Below are positions 37,138 to 45,703 of a stretch of DNA of 64,000 bases, in pieces (position 1 is the first letter of the stretch; the number at the start of each line of letters is the position of its first letter). This DNA comes from Clostridia bacterium (GTDB taxonomy: Bacteria > Bacillota > Clostridia > Christensenellales > CAG-917): assembly GCA_017618055.1 (NCBI GenBank), contig JAFZVB010000014.1:71663-135662 (forward strand), read 5' to 3'. The notes beneath the pieces are model-generated. The model searched no databases and had not been told where the DNA came from. It saw nothing but the letters and a program-made list of their open reading frames with translations. A program made the position numbers and the translations under genes.

Positions 37138-38309
37138 TATTTTTTGCCTCCATTAAATAAACGTTTTATGAAATCCTTAAACGAGAACTTTGCAAGACTC
37201 TCTGCAACCATTAAGAGCGATGTCTTGGATGCTTGGGATGCCTTTACATAGCCTGGAAGTTTAGGAGATACTATTTCTATATTTCTTACTAATTGTTCAC
37301 TTAGATACTTCTTTGCTCCTCTAATATGTGAAATTCCTTCTCCTGTTAAATAGATTGGAGCATATGCAGGTGTATCATATTTTGCTTGAGATAAAACTTG
37401 TTTTATGATATCTGCAAACATATCTAATCTTGCTTTTACTATGTCACATGCTTCTGTAGCTGTAATTGAGAATTCACCATCCTCTATTAATACAGCACCT
37501 TCTGCATAATTTAAGTTCAAATCTACTAAGTCTTTTGCTCTTTCTGCAACTTCGTATGGAACATCTAAGTATTCAAGCATATCAGCTGCGATATGAGCAC
37601 CGCCCATCGAGAATGAAGCAAGAGATAAGATTCCTTCGCCTCTTCCAATTGCAACGTGGGATGAAATGTATCCAATGTCTACCATAATGAATGAATTGTC
37701 TCTTTCCTCTTTTTCAAAGAGAGCTAAACATTCTGCCCATGGTGTACAAATATAATGTACTTCATCAAATCCACAAGACTTTGTTATTTCGTCAAAGAAT
37801 TTAATAAACTTTCTTTCTGCTAAACAGTAGCTTACAAATGCGTCTGCTTTTTGTGCAGTTAATCCTCTGACATCAAAATATAATTTATCTTCATCATTAA
37901 GTGAATAATAAATTGCTGCGTGGTTAATAGTTTGGTATTTAGGATCGTTTGCAAATACGTCACCTTTCTTGAATAAGAAATCTATATCTGCATCGATAAT
38001 CTTACGTTCTCTGTCTAGTGTGATTCCAATGTTCTTTGTGACTACAGCACAAAACTCTGCTGGAACACCAACATAAATCTTAGTTGTATTAGATTGTGCA
38101 CCTTCTATTGCTTCTCTTAATACTTCGCAACATACTGCACGTGTTTCTTCCTTATCTAGCCAGTCGCCATCTGAATAACCTGCATATTGCTTCTCTACAT
38201 CTGACTTGATGCCAAAAACAGATTGTGCCTTCTTTACTCCAACGATGGCACTAATCAATCTTGAACCAATATCCAATACGGCTATGTCTTTGGTGAATAA
38301 TGAACTCAT
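37137..38309 (-). CDS. ftsA: cell division protein FtsA
   Basis: 390 aa with an actin-like ATPase fold (IAVLDIGSRLISA, TGEGISHIRGA) and a C-terminal amphipathic membrane-targeting helix (FKDFIKRLFNGGKK). Confidence 0.85.
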   Translation of the reverse strand: MSSLFTKDIAVLDIGSRLISAIVGVKKAQSVFGIKSDVEKQYAGYSDGDWLDKEETRAVCCEVLREAIEGAQSNTTKIYVGVPAEFCAVVTKNIGITLDRERKIIDADIDFLFKKGDVFANDPKYQTINHAAIYYSLNDEDKLYFDVRGLTAQKADAFVSYCLAERKFIKFFDEITKSCGFDEVHYICTPWAECLALFEKEERDNSFIMVDIGYISSHVAIGRGEGILSLASFSMGGAHIAADMLEYLDVPYEVAERAKDLVDLNLNYAEGAVLIEDGEFSITATEACDIVKARLDMFADIIKQVLSQAKYDTPAYAPIYLTGEGISHIRGAKKYLSEQLVRNIEIVSPKLPGYVKASQASKTSLLMVAESLAKFSFKDFIKRLFNGGKK

Positions 38310-38350
38310 ATTTCCTTAAAATCCCTTTCTATTTTATATATTATATAAGT

Positions 38351-38379
38351 ATTATAATTATTTTTGTATTTTTATGCAA
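38351..38379 (-). promoter_or_regulatory. Candidate promoter of ftsA-ftsZ
   Basis: The minus strand reads TTGCAT-N17-TATAAT about 40 nt upstream of the ftsA ATG. Confidence 0.5.
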
Positions 38380-38422
38380 GAATATAATAAAGAAAATGCT
38401 TCGGAATATTATTCCAAAGCAT
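38380..38422 (-). terminator. Hairpin or terminator after the 251-aa ORF
   Basis: The minus strand has a ~12-bp stem AUGCUUUGGAAUA / UAUUCCGAAGCAU (one G-U; C-A on the plus strand) followed by UUUCUUUAUU. Confidence 0.55.
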
Positions 38423-38433
38423 GCAATACATTA

Positions 38434-39189
38434 TTATTTCTCTATGCTGATCTCGATTTGGTTGCCAGATGGGACTAACGCATTACCAGAATTAATCTTC
38501 TTGGCATTTACACCGATTAAGATTACAACTGCTACAATTACGGCTACATAAACTCCTATTAAGATCTTGCCCTTTAATCCTAATTTGCGTTGTTTTTGTT
38601 CTTTTTGCTCTCTTAATTGTGCAAGCTTTTGTGCTAATTTGCTTTGCTTCTTTTCTGCTCTATATATTGGTGCAGATACAGCATCTACTTCTCCGTTAAA
38701 TGCCATTGTCATTTGTGAAGATGCAGAATAACTTAATTTGCTGTCTAACTCACCATTTGAGAGTCTATCTTTGTCTTGAACTGTGAATTCGAATAAAGAT
38801 AAAGGTTTGTATTCTTCTCTTCCAAATCTTGGAGAAAATTCATTATCTAATGAAACATCTGGCTCATCGAGCTTTTGGTTTTGTTGATTTGCAAGATATT
38901 GTTCTATTATTGAATCTATTCTCTTTTGACTATTGTATTCATTTTGTTGTGGAGCATAATAGGCTTGTCCAGCATTGTAATCTCTAACTTGCTCTGTGGA
39001 CATAGGTTGGGTATATGGTCTTGGTGCAAAATAGTCATAATCATTCATGGAAGTATCTTGCACAGGTTGTTGTTGTGCATTGTTATAAGTACGTCCATTA
39101 TTAAATTCCTCATAGGATGGGAATTGTGTAATTCTGCTACTTACTTGTTGTGTGTTTCTTCCTAAAACGTCTTCTAATGTCATTGCCAT
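38434..39189 (-). CDS. hypothetical tail-anchored membrane protein with a Q/Y/P-rich disordered cytoplasmic region (at the dcw position of ftsL...ftsQ)
   Basis: 251 aa with a single C-terminal TM helix (ILIGVYVAVIVAVVILIGV) followed by ~20 aa. A K/Q-rich helix sits just before the TM. I recognise no family for it. Confidence 0.6.
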   Translation of the reverse strand: MAMTLEDVLGRNTQQVSSRITQFPSYEEFNNGRTYNNAQQQPVQDTSMNDYDYFAPRPYTQPMSTEQVRDYNAGQAYYAPQQNEYNSQKRIDSIIEQYLANQQNQKLDEPDVSLDNEFSPRFGREEYKPLSLFEFTVQDKDRLSNGELDSKLSYSASSQMTMAFNGEVDAVSAPIYRAEKKQSKLAQKLAQLREQKEQKQRKLGLKGKILIGVYVAVIVAVVILIGVNAKKINSGNALVPSGNQIEISIEK

Positions 39190-39204
39190 AGTTTTGCTCT
39201 CCTT

Positions 39205-40137
39205 TTATACCCTTTCTATTATTCTGAGCTTTGCGCTCGCTGCTCGTTTGTTTCTTTCTAATTCTTCATCACTTGCGATGATAGGTTTTTTATTGACTAA
39301 CTTTACTTGTTCTTTTCTTCCACATACACACTTTGGGAAAGATGGTGGGCAAGTACATCCAGTTGCTAAATCCCTGAATGTTTCTTTCACTATTCTGTCC
39401 TCCAAAGAATGGAAGGAAATCACACACATTCTACCCTCTTTTTTAAGCCTTAAAGCCATCTCTTTTAGTGCTTCATGGAGTCTGTCCAATTCTCCATTAA
39501 CCTCTATTCTAACCGCCTGAAATGTCTTTTTGGCAGGGTTTCCGTTCTTGTATCTGAACTTGGCTGGATAACAATGCTCAACTATATTGCTCAATTGTGA
39601 TGTTGTTACGATTTCACCCTTCTCTCTTTCCTTGACAATCTCTCTTGCAATTTGTCTTGCAAAACTTTCTTCGCCATATTCAAAAAGGATTCTACTTAGT
39701 TCACTTTCACTGTATTCATTGATAACGATTTTTGCATTTAGATATTGACTTTGATCCATCCTCATGTCTAAAGGTGCATCTTGTATGTAACTAAATCCCC
39801 TTTCTCCGTTATCTACTTGATAAGAACTAATGCCAAGATCCACAAGTATTCCGTCTAGTTTGTCAATGTTCAGTTTGTCTAGCTCTTCGCTAAAGTTTTT
39901 ATAATCATTATGGATAAATGTTACTTTATCTATATAATTATTTAATCTTTTATTGGCTGCTTGAAGTGCATCTGCGTCTTTGTCTATTGCTATGAGCCTT
40001 CCACCTTTAAGTCTTTTGACTATTTCGATTGAATGGCCAGCACCCCCTACAGTTGCATCCATGTAAATGCCATCTTCTTTTATGTTTAGACCTTCAATAC
40101 ATTGGTCTAACAAAACTGGCACATGCACGAATTCCAT
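39205..40137 (-). CDS. rsmH: 16S rRNA (cytosine1402-N4)-methyltransferase RsmH
   Basis: 310 aa with HVPVLL, the SAM-binding DATVGGAGHS and SFHSLEDR. Confidence 0.95.
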   Translation of the reverse strand: MEFVHVPVLLDQCIEGLNIKEDGIYMDATVGGAGHSIEIVKRLKGGRLIAIDKDADALQAANKRLNNYIDKVTFIHNDYKNFSEELDKLNIDKLDGILVDLGISSYQVDNGERGFSYIQDAPLDMRMDQSQYLNAKIVINEYSESELSRILFEYGEESFARQIAREIVKEREKGEIVTTSQLSNIVEHCYPAKFRYKNGNPAKKTFQAVRIEVNGELDRLHEALKEMALRLKKEGRMCVISFHSLEDRIVKETFRDLATGCTCPPSFPKCVCGRKEQVKLVNKKPIIASDEELERNKRAASAKLRIIERV

Positions 40138-40140
40138 TTC

Positions 40141-40590
40141 TTAGCCCTCACGTTTTGTGAGATTATTTAACATTGTCTTGAGCTTGTCTGGATCTAGAAC
40201 TTTGTATCTTGCGTCCCAAACTTCTTTACCCCAAACTTCTAAATATGTACCTTTACCAATTACAACAACATCCTTTCTGATCTTGTATGTTTGTGCAAGT
40301 TGCTTTGGGAATACAAATCTTCCTTGTGCATCTTCCTCTATTTCAGCCATCTTGGAAATGATGTCATTTGCAATTTGGTTTTGTTCATCTGATTCAAGAT
40401 ATGGGTTGGTTGAAAGGAATGGTTTTAAAATCTCACTAGCACTATCATTGCTAACAATGTAAACACATTCTTGCTTGCCAGGTAACATAGTAAAAGAACT
40501 GCCAATAGAATCCCTGAACTTTGCAGGTATTCTCATACGACCTTTCTCATCTAATTGATGGTCTATTCTGCCTAGCATTATTTTGCCCAT
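40141..40590 (-). CDS. mraZ: division/cell wall cluster transcriptional regulator MraZ
   Basis: 149 aa with duplicated SpoVT/AbrB-like halves, each carrying a D-x-x-x-R motif (LDEKGRMRIP and EDAQGRFVFP). Confidence 0.9.
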   Translation of the reverse strand: MGKIMLGRIDHQLDEKGRMRIPAKFRDSIGSSFTMLPGKQECVYIVSNDSASEILKPFLSTNPYLESDEQNQIANDIISKMAEIEEDAQGRFVFPKQLAQTYKIRKDVVVIGKGTYLEVWGKEVWDARYKVLDPDKLKTMLNNLTKREG

Positions 40591-40618
40591 AATTCCCCCA
40601 TTCTTGATAGTTACTTTA

Positions 40619-40647
40619 ATAATACACTATGTTTTGACCACTGTCAA
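40619..40647 (-). promoter_or_regulatory. Candidate promoter of mraZ-rsmH
   Basis: The minus strand reads TTGACA-N17-TATTAT about 25 nt upstream of the mraZ ATG. Confidence 0.5.
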
Positions 40648-40770
40648 CCCCAAAAAATAAATATTTTTAGAAATTTTTTAGTTAACTTGTAAACGATATA
40701 CAAAATTGAATATCCACAAATTGATTATTTTTCGTTTGTTAAATTTCACTCGTTGTGTTAAAGTATAGGC

Positions 40771-41466
40771 ATGAAGGTATTTGTTATTTCAGATCTACAT
40801 CTCTCTACCACAACCAACAAGCCAATGGAAGTATTTGGCGATGAATGGATTGGGTATGTTGAGACAATAAAAAAGGACTGGCTTGAAAAAGTACAAAAAG
40901 ACGATTTAGTTCTTCTCTCTGGCGATATTAGCTGGGGCATGACAATAGACGAGGCTAAAGAAGATTATGCACTTTTAGACACCCTTCCTGGAATTAAAGT
41001 TGTTGGCAAAGGCAACCATGATTTCTATTGGTCATCTTTAAATAAGATGAATAAGGCTTTCCCTAACTTCAATTTCTTATATAACAATGCTTTTAGATTC
41101 GGAAATGTTGTAATCTGTGGAACAAGAGGATGGTTAATCCCAGATGAAACAAAAGAAGATTATGAACAAGACAAAAAAATCTATGACCATGAGCTTTTAA
41201 GATTTAAGTTCTCTCTTGAAGAAATGAAAAAATTAAGGCAGGAAGGAGATACAGTAATTTGTATGTTCCACTTCCCACCTTTTGATGCCACCTACACAGA
41301 TACCGAATTTACACAACTTGTAAAAGAAAATAACATGGATATAGTTGTATACGGACATTTGCATGGAAAGAACGCTAGAGTCTCTCCTATCGTCACTAAG
41401 GACGATATACCATACTATTTAACTTCGGCTGATTTGGTAAACTTTAAATTAACTCAATTAGTCTGA
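40771..41466 (+). CDS. metallophosphoesterase (calcineurin-like)
   Basis: 231 aa with the motifs ISDLHL, GDISW, GNHD and a later GHLH. Confidence 0.8.
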   Translation: MKVFVISDLHLSTTTNKPMEVFGDEWIGYVETIKKDWLEKVQKDDLVLLSGDISWGMTIDEAKEDYALLDTLPGIKVVGKGNHDFYWSSLNKMNKAFPNFNFLYNNAFRFGNVVICGTRGWLIPDETKEDYEQDKKIYDHELLRFKFSLEEMKKLRQEGDTVICMFHFPPFDATYTDTEFTQLVKENNMDIVVYGHLHGKNARVSPIVTKDDIPYYLTSADLVNFKLTQLV

Positions 41467-42069
41467 GTCTTCCTCTATATTTGGAGTTGTTAAAATTTGT
41501 TCAATACGGGCTAGGATTTCTTCCTTGCCAATTTTTTTACTTGCAGATGTCATGAAAACATTTTGCTCTCCAACAGATAATCCGTTAGCAATTTTCTTTC
41601 TCATTATATTTCTTTGCATCTTGCTTAATTTGTCACATTTTGTTGCAACAATTGTACATCCTATATTTATTGAATATAGAAATTGTATTAAGAGTCTGTC
41701 GTTGTCTGTTGGTTCAAGCCTACAGTCTACAAGTAAAAATACGTTTTTAAGCATAGGGCTGGTTTGGATATAATTCTCAATTAACTTGCCCCACTTTTCT
41801 TTTTCGGCATCATTGACTTTAGCAAATCCATATCCAGGAAGATCTACTAAATAAAACTCTCCTTTGTTAATGGAAAAGAAATTAACTAGTCTTGTTCTTC
41901 CTGGTGTTGAAGATGTTCTTGCTAAACTTTTTTGGTTAACTAAGAAATTAATAAATGAGGACTTGCCTACATTGGACTTTCCTGCAATAGCAATCTCTGG
42001 TGCTACACTATTTGGAAGCGTAGAACCAAGTGCTACTGATGTTAAAAATTCTGCATTCTTAATTACCAT
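41458..42069 (-). CDS. engB: ribosome biogenesis GTPase EngB/YsxC
   Basis: 203 aa with G1 GKSNVGKSS, G3 DLPGYG and G4 TKCD. Its position upstream of clpX or lon is typical. Confidence 0.9.
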   Translation of the reverse strand: MVIKNAEFLTSVALGSTLPNSVAPEIAIAGKSNVGKSSFINFLVNQKSLARTSSTPGRTRLVNFFSINKGEFYLVDLPGYGFAKVNDAEKEKWGKLIENYIQTSPMLKNVFLLVDCRLEPTDNDRLLIQFLYSINIGCTIVATKCDKLSKMQRNIMRKKIANGLSVGEQNVFMTSASKKIGKEEILARIEQILTTPNIEEDSD

Positions 42070-42115
42070 AATACCTATACAAAAAGGCTCACGTTTTGCC
42101 GTGAACCTAATTTAG

Positions 42116-43429
42116 TTATGCTATAAATTCTATTCCAGAATTACCAATCTTAAGCTCTTCTGGTTTTGTTGCGGAAGGTTCTTTCTTAATAATTGTTGGT
42201 TGAACTTCCTTATTCTCAATGCATTCTCTTGTGACAATAATCTTTGCAATTGTATCATCAGATGGTACATTATACATTAACTCTGTTAATGCGCCTTCAA
42301 GAATGGATCTTAATCCTCTAGCGCCAGTACCAAGTTCGATTGCCTTTTGTGCACATGCAAGAACTGCATCATCTTCAAATTCTAACTCTACGTCGTCTAA
42401 TTTGAATTGTGCAATATATTGCTTTGTTAATGCATTCTTAGGTTCTTTAAGAATATTTACAAGTGCGTTCTCATCTAAACCGTTTAATCCAACAATAATT
42501 GGAATACGTCCAACAAATTCTGGAATCAAACCGAACTTGATTAAATCGCCTGGTTGTAATTTCTTAATTAAATCTTCATATTTGCCACTTTGTTCTGTTT
42601 TGATATCTGAACCAAAACCAAGCTTCTTTTGAGTTACTCTCTTCTCAACAATCTTTTCAAGGTTAACAAATGCACCACCACAAATGAATAAGATATTTGT
42701 TGTATCTATATTGTAACATTCTTGGTTTGGATGCTTTCTTCCACCTTTAGGTGGTACAGATGCCATTGTACCTTCGATTATCTTTAATAAAGCTTGTTGT
42801 ACACCTTCCCCAGAAACGTCTCTTGTTATGGAAACATTTTCACTTGCTCTAGCAATCTTATCTACTTCATCTATGTAGATGATTCCTTTTTCTGCTCTTG
42901 CTATATCTTCATTAGCATTGATGATGAGTTTTAATAAAACGTTTTCTACGTCTTCACCAACATAACCTGCTTCTGTAAGTGTTGTAGCATCTGCAATTGC
43001 AAAAGGAACGTCTAAGATCTTTGCTAAAGTCTTAGCTAAAAGTGTTTTACCTGAACCTGTTGGTCCAAGTAATAGAATATTACTTTTTTCAAGTTGAACA
43101 CCAGAAACATCTGCAGCATTAGCATTAACTCTCTTGTAATGGTTATATACTGCAACGGATAGAATCTTCTTTGCTTCTTCTTGTCCAACTACGTAATCAT
43201 CTAAGCGTTTTTTGATTTCTTGTGGTTTTAATAAACGTGCATTACCAGTTGCAGAACCTTGTTTTCCAAAGCTCTCTGCAATCTCTGTTTCGTTTTGCAT
43301 GAATTCATCCAATTTAATTTTGGCTTCTTCAATACAGAACATACAAAGGTATCTACCCTTTGCACCTTCGATTAATGGTGTTGTGTCGTTTGTTCTACCA
43401 CAAAATAAACATTTCTTTTCTTCTGACAT
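42116..43429 (-). CDS. clpX: ATP-dependent Clp protease ATP-binding subunit ClpX
   Basis: 437 aa with an N-terminal zinc finger (CLFCG...CMFC), Walker A GPTGSGKT and the IGF-type loop LGFG. Confidence 0.95.
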   Translation of the reverse strand: MSEEKKCLFCGRTNDTTPLIEGAKGRYLCMFCIEEAKIKLDEFMQNETEIAESFGKQGSATGNARLLKPQEIKKRLDDYVVGQEEAKKILSVAVYNHYKRVNANAADVSGVQLEKSNILLLGPTGSGKTLLAKTLAKILDVPFAIADATTLTEAGYVGEDVENVLLKLIINANEDIARAEKGIIYIDEVDKIARASENVSITRDVSGEGVQQALLKIIEGTMASVPPKGGRKHPNQECYNIDTTNILFICGGAFVNLEKIVEKRVTQKKLGFGSDIKTEQSGKYEDLIKKLQPGDLIKFGLIPEFVGRIPIIVGLNGLDENALVNILKEPKNALTKQYIAQFKLDDVELEFEDDAVLACAQKAIELGTGARGLRSILEGALTELMYNVPSDDTIAKIIVTRECIENKEVQPTIIKKEPSATKPEELKIGNSGIEFIA

Positions 43430-43447
43430 TCTTACCTCAATAAATTA

Positions 43448-44047
43448 TTAGTCTCTGGATTCGTAGATTTTGTCGATAATTCCGTATTCAAGAGCTTCTT
43501 GAGCACTCATGAAATTATCTCTATCTGTATCTTTGACTACTTGCTCATAATCTTTACCAGTATTCTTTGCAAGAATAGCGTTCATCTTCTCTTTAATCTT
43601 TTGGATGTTTTGAGCGTGAATCATTATATCTGAAGCTTGACCTTGGAAACCACCGAGTGGTTGGTGAATCATAATTTCAGAATTTGGTAATGAATAACGT
43701 TTGCCCTTTGCACCTGCAGATAAAAGGAAAGCGCCCATACTTGCTGCAAGTCCTACACAAATTGTAGATACATCACACTTGATGTAGTTCATTGTGTCAT
43801 AGATTGCCATACCAGCTGTTACACTTCCACCAGGACTGTTGATGTAAATCATAACGTCCTTGTTTGGATCTGTAGATTCAAGATAGATAAGTTGAGCAAC
43901 TACTAAGTCTGCTACTTGGTCATTAATTTCTCCAGTTAAGAAGATAATTCTATCTTCTAAAAGTCTAGAGTAAATATCATAGGCTCTTTCGCCTCTGTTT
44001 GTTTGCTCAATAACTGTTGGTGGATACATATTTTTAATATCTTTCAT
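43448..44047 (-). CDS. clpP: ATP-dependent Clp protease proteolytic subunit ClpP
   Basis: 199 aa with the catalytic Ser context [11 protein letters not shown] and His context IMIHQPLGG. Confidence 0.95.
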   Translation of the reverse strand: MKDIKNMYPPTVIEQTNRGERAYDIYSRLLEDRIIFLTGEINDQVADLVVAQLIYLESTDPNKDVMIYINSPGGSVTAGMAIYDTMNYIKCDVSTICVGLAASMGAFLLSAGAKGKRYSLPNSEIMIHQPLGGFQGQASDIMIHAQNIQKIKEKMNAILAKNTGKDYEQVVKDTDRDNFMSAQEALEYGIIDKIYESRD

Positions 44048-44050
44048 GTA

Positions 44051-45550
44051 TTATTCCTCGTCTTTCTTTGGCGCAGCTTTTTTAGTTGTTGTTGTTTTCT
44101 TAGCTGCTGGTTTCTTTGCTGGAGCTTCTTCCTTCTTTGCCTCTTCTGCTGGAGCTTCTGCTTCTGCCTTTGGTGCTGCTTTCTTAGCTGGTGCTTTCTT
44201 CTTTGCAGCTGGCTTTGCTTCTTCTTTACCGATTGGCTTTACTGGAGGAATCTTCTCGTATGATACGTTTGCTGTGTTGTTTTCTTTTAAGAAAGCAATA
44301 AGTTTGTTGGATAAGATTTGGTTTACGAGATAATCAATTTGTTCTCTTTGTACTGTCTTCTTGAATTCGTCTGCTGTCATGTGTGCTTCTTCTGCAGCTT
44401 TGTTGATCTTTTCATCAATTTCTTCTTGAAGAACTTCCATCTTTTCTGCCTTAACAATTGCTTCCATTACTAAACGAACTTTTACAGACTTTTCTGCTTG
44501 CTCTTTGTATTCTTCTTTGAGCTTATCTTCTGTGATGTTGAGATAATTGAGATAGTCTTGTAATTTCATTCCTTGCATTTGAAGTCTATATGCAAATTCT
44601 TGAACCATGCTTTCTGCTTCTTGTTCTACCATTGCTTCTGGAACTTCGATTTCGTTCTTTTCTACGATAGCGTCTACTAAAGCGTCTTCATATGCTCTTT
44701 CTGCATACTTCTCTGCGTTATCTTCAAGTGTTTTCTTAACACTTGCTTTGTATTCTGCTAATGTGTCAAATTCACTAACGGATTTTGCAAATTCATCATC
44801 AAGTTCTGGTAATTCTTTTGTAGAAACTTTATTAACTTTGCAAGCAAATACAGCTTCTTTTCCCTTTAAATTCTCTGCATGATAGTTCTCTGGGAATGTA
44901 ACTTTAACGTCTTTTTCGTCTCCTGCTTTTGTTCCAACTAATTGTTCTTCAAAGCCTGGAATGAATGTGCCTGAACCTAATTCAAGGTCATAACCTTGTG
45001 CTGTGCCGCCTTCAAATGCAACACCATCTACAGAACCTGCAAAGTCGATGTTAACTGTATCACCCTTTTGTGCTTCACCATCTTTATCGATGATTCTTGC
45101 TTGTTGTTGGAGTGTCTTCTTAACTTCATCATCTACTTGTTGGTCTGAAATCTTTGTTACGATCTTTGGAATTGTTAATCCTTTGTAATCCTTAACTTTA
45201 ACTTCTGGCTTTACTGTTACAACGATTGTGAATGTTGCTCCACCATCTTTTGTATAATCCATTGCTGTGAGTGCAGGTTGTGCAACTACTTCTAAACTCT
45301 CTTCTTTTGTAAGAGCTTCATAGTATTCATCGTTAATAACGATGTCCATTGCATCTTGATAGAAAACTTCTTTGCCGTATACACCTTCGATAACTTTCTT
45401 AGGTACATGTCCTTTACGGAATCCAGCAATAGCATATTGATGCTTTGTCTTTTCATATGCTGCGTCACAAGCTTTTGCGAATGTTTCAGCGTCTACTGTA
45501 AAATCAAGTTGATATTGACTTTTGTCTAGCTTTTTGATTTGATAACTCAT
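44051..45550 (-). CDS. tig: trigger factor with a ~70-aa K/A/P/E-rich C-terminal tail
   Basis: The ribosome-binding signature is AGFRKGHVPKKV and an FKBP-type PPIase domain is present. I place the start at ATG 45550 (MSYQIKKLDK...), preceded by GGAGGA. The track start is upstream. Confidence 0.9.
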   Translation of the reverse strand: MSYQIKKLDKSQYQLDFTVDAETFAKACDAAYEKTKHQYAIAGFRKGHVPKKVIEGVYGKEVFYQDAMDIVINDEYYEALTKEESLEVVAQPALTAMDYTKDGGATFTIVVTVKPEVKVKDYKGLTIPKIVTKISDQQVDDEVKKTLQQQARIIDKDGEAQKGDTVNIDFAGSVDGVAFEGGTAQGYDLELGSGTFIPGFEEQLVGTKAGDEKDVKVTFPENYHAENLKGKEAVFACKVNKVSTKELPELDDEFAKSVSEFDTLAEYKASVKKTLEDNAEKYAERAYEDALVDAIVEKNEIEVPEAMVEQEAESMVQEFAYRLQMQGMKLQDYLNYLNITEDKLKEEYKEQAEKSVKVRLVMEAIVKAEKMEVLQEEIDEKINKAAEEAHMTADEFKKTVQREQIDYLVNQILSNKLIAFLKENNTANVSYEKIPPVKPIGKEEAKPAAKKKAPAKKAAPKAEAEAPAEEAKKEEAPAKKPAAKKTTTTKKAAPKKDEE

Positions 45551-45703
45551 TTTATTCCTCCATGTGCGTTTCAACGCATAAGTATATATTTTTTAATAAG
45601 TTACAGAATTATAACACGTGAAAAGACCGTTTGCAACAAAAATACGGGTCAAAAATGGTACAAAGCATTACAAATTCATAAAAATAATGTATAATATGCA
45701 CAT

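Noticed and set aside
36823-37160. Long plus-strand ORFs antisense to minus-strand genes, for example 36823-37160, 44003-44333, 22661-23170, 48228-48571 and 49272-49607
   Set aside because: They are W/L/F/C/S-rich mirror frames of repetitive Q/P- or K/A/E-rich coding sequence on the minus strand. They have no SD, no independent context and implausible composition. The same applies to most other nested plus-strand ORFs in the track.
40710-40718. DnaA-box-like ATATCCACA in the mraZ / metallophosphoesterase intergenic region
   Set aside because: It is a single 8/9 match with no cluster of boxes, no AT-rich unwinding element pattern and no dnaA or dnaN nearby. It is probably chance in AT-rich DNA.
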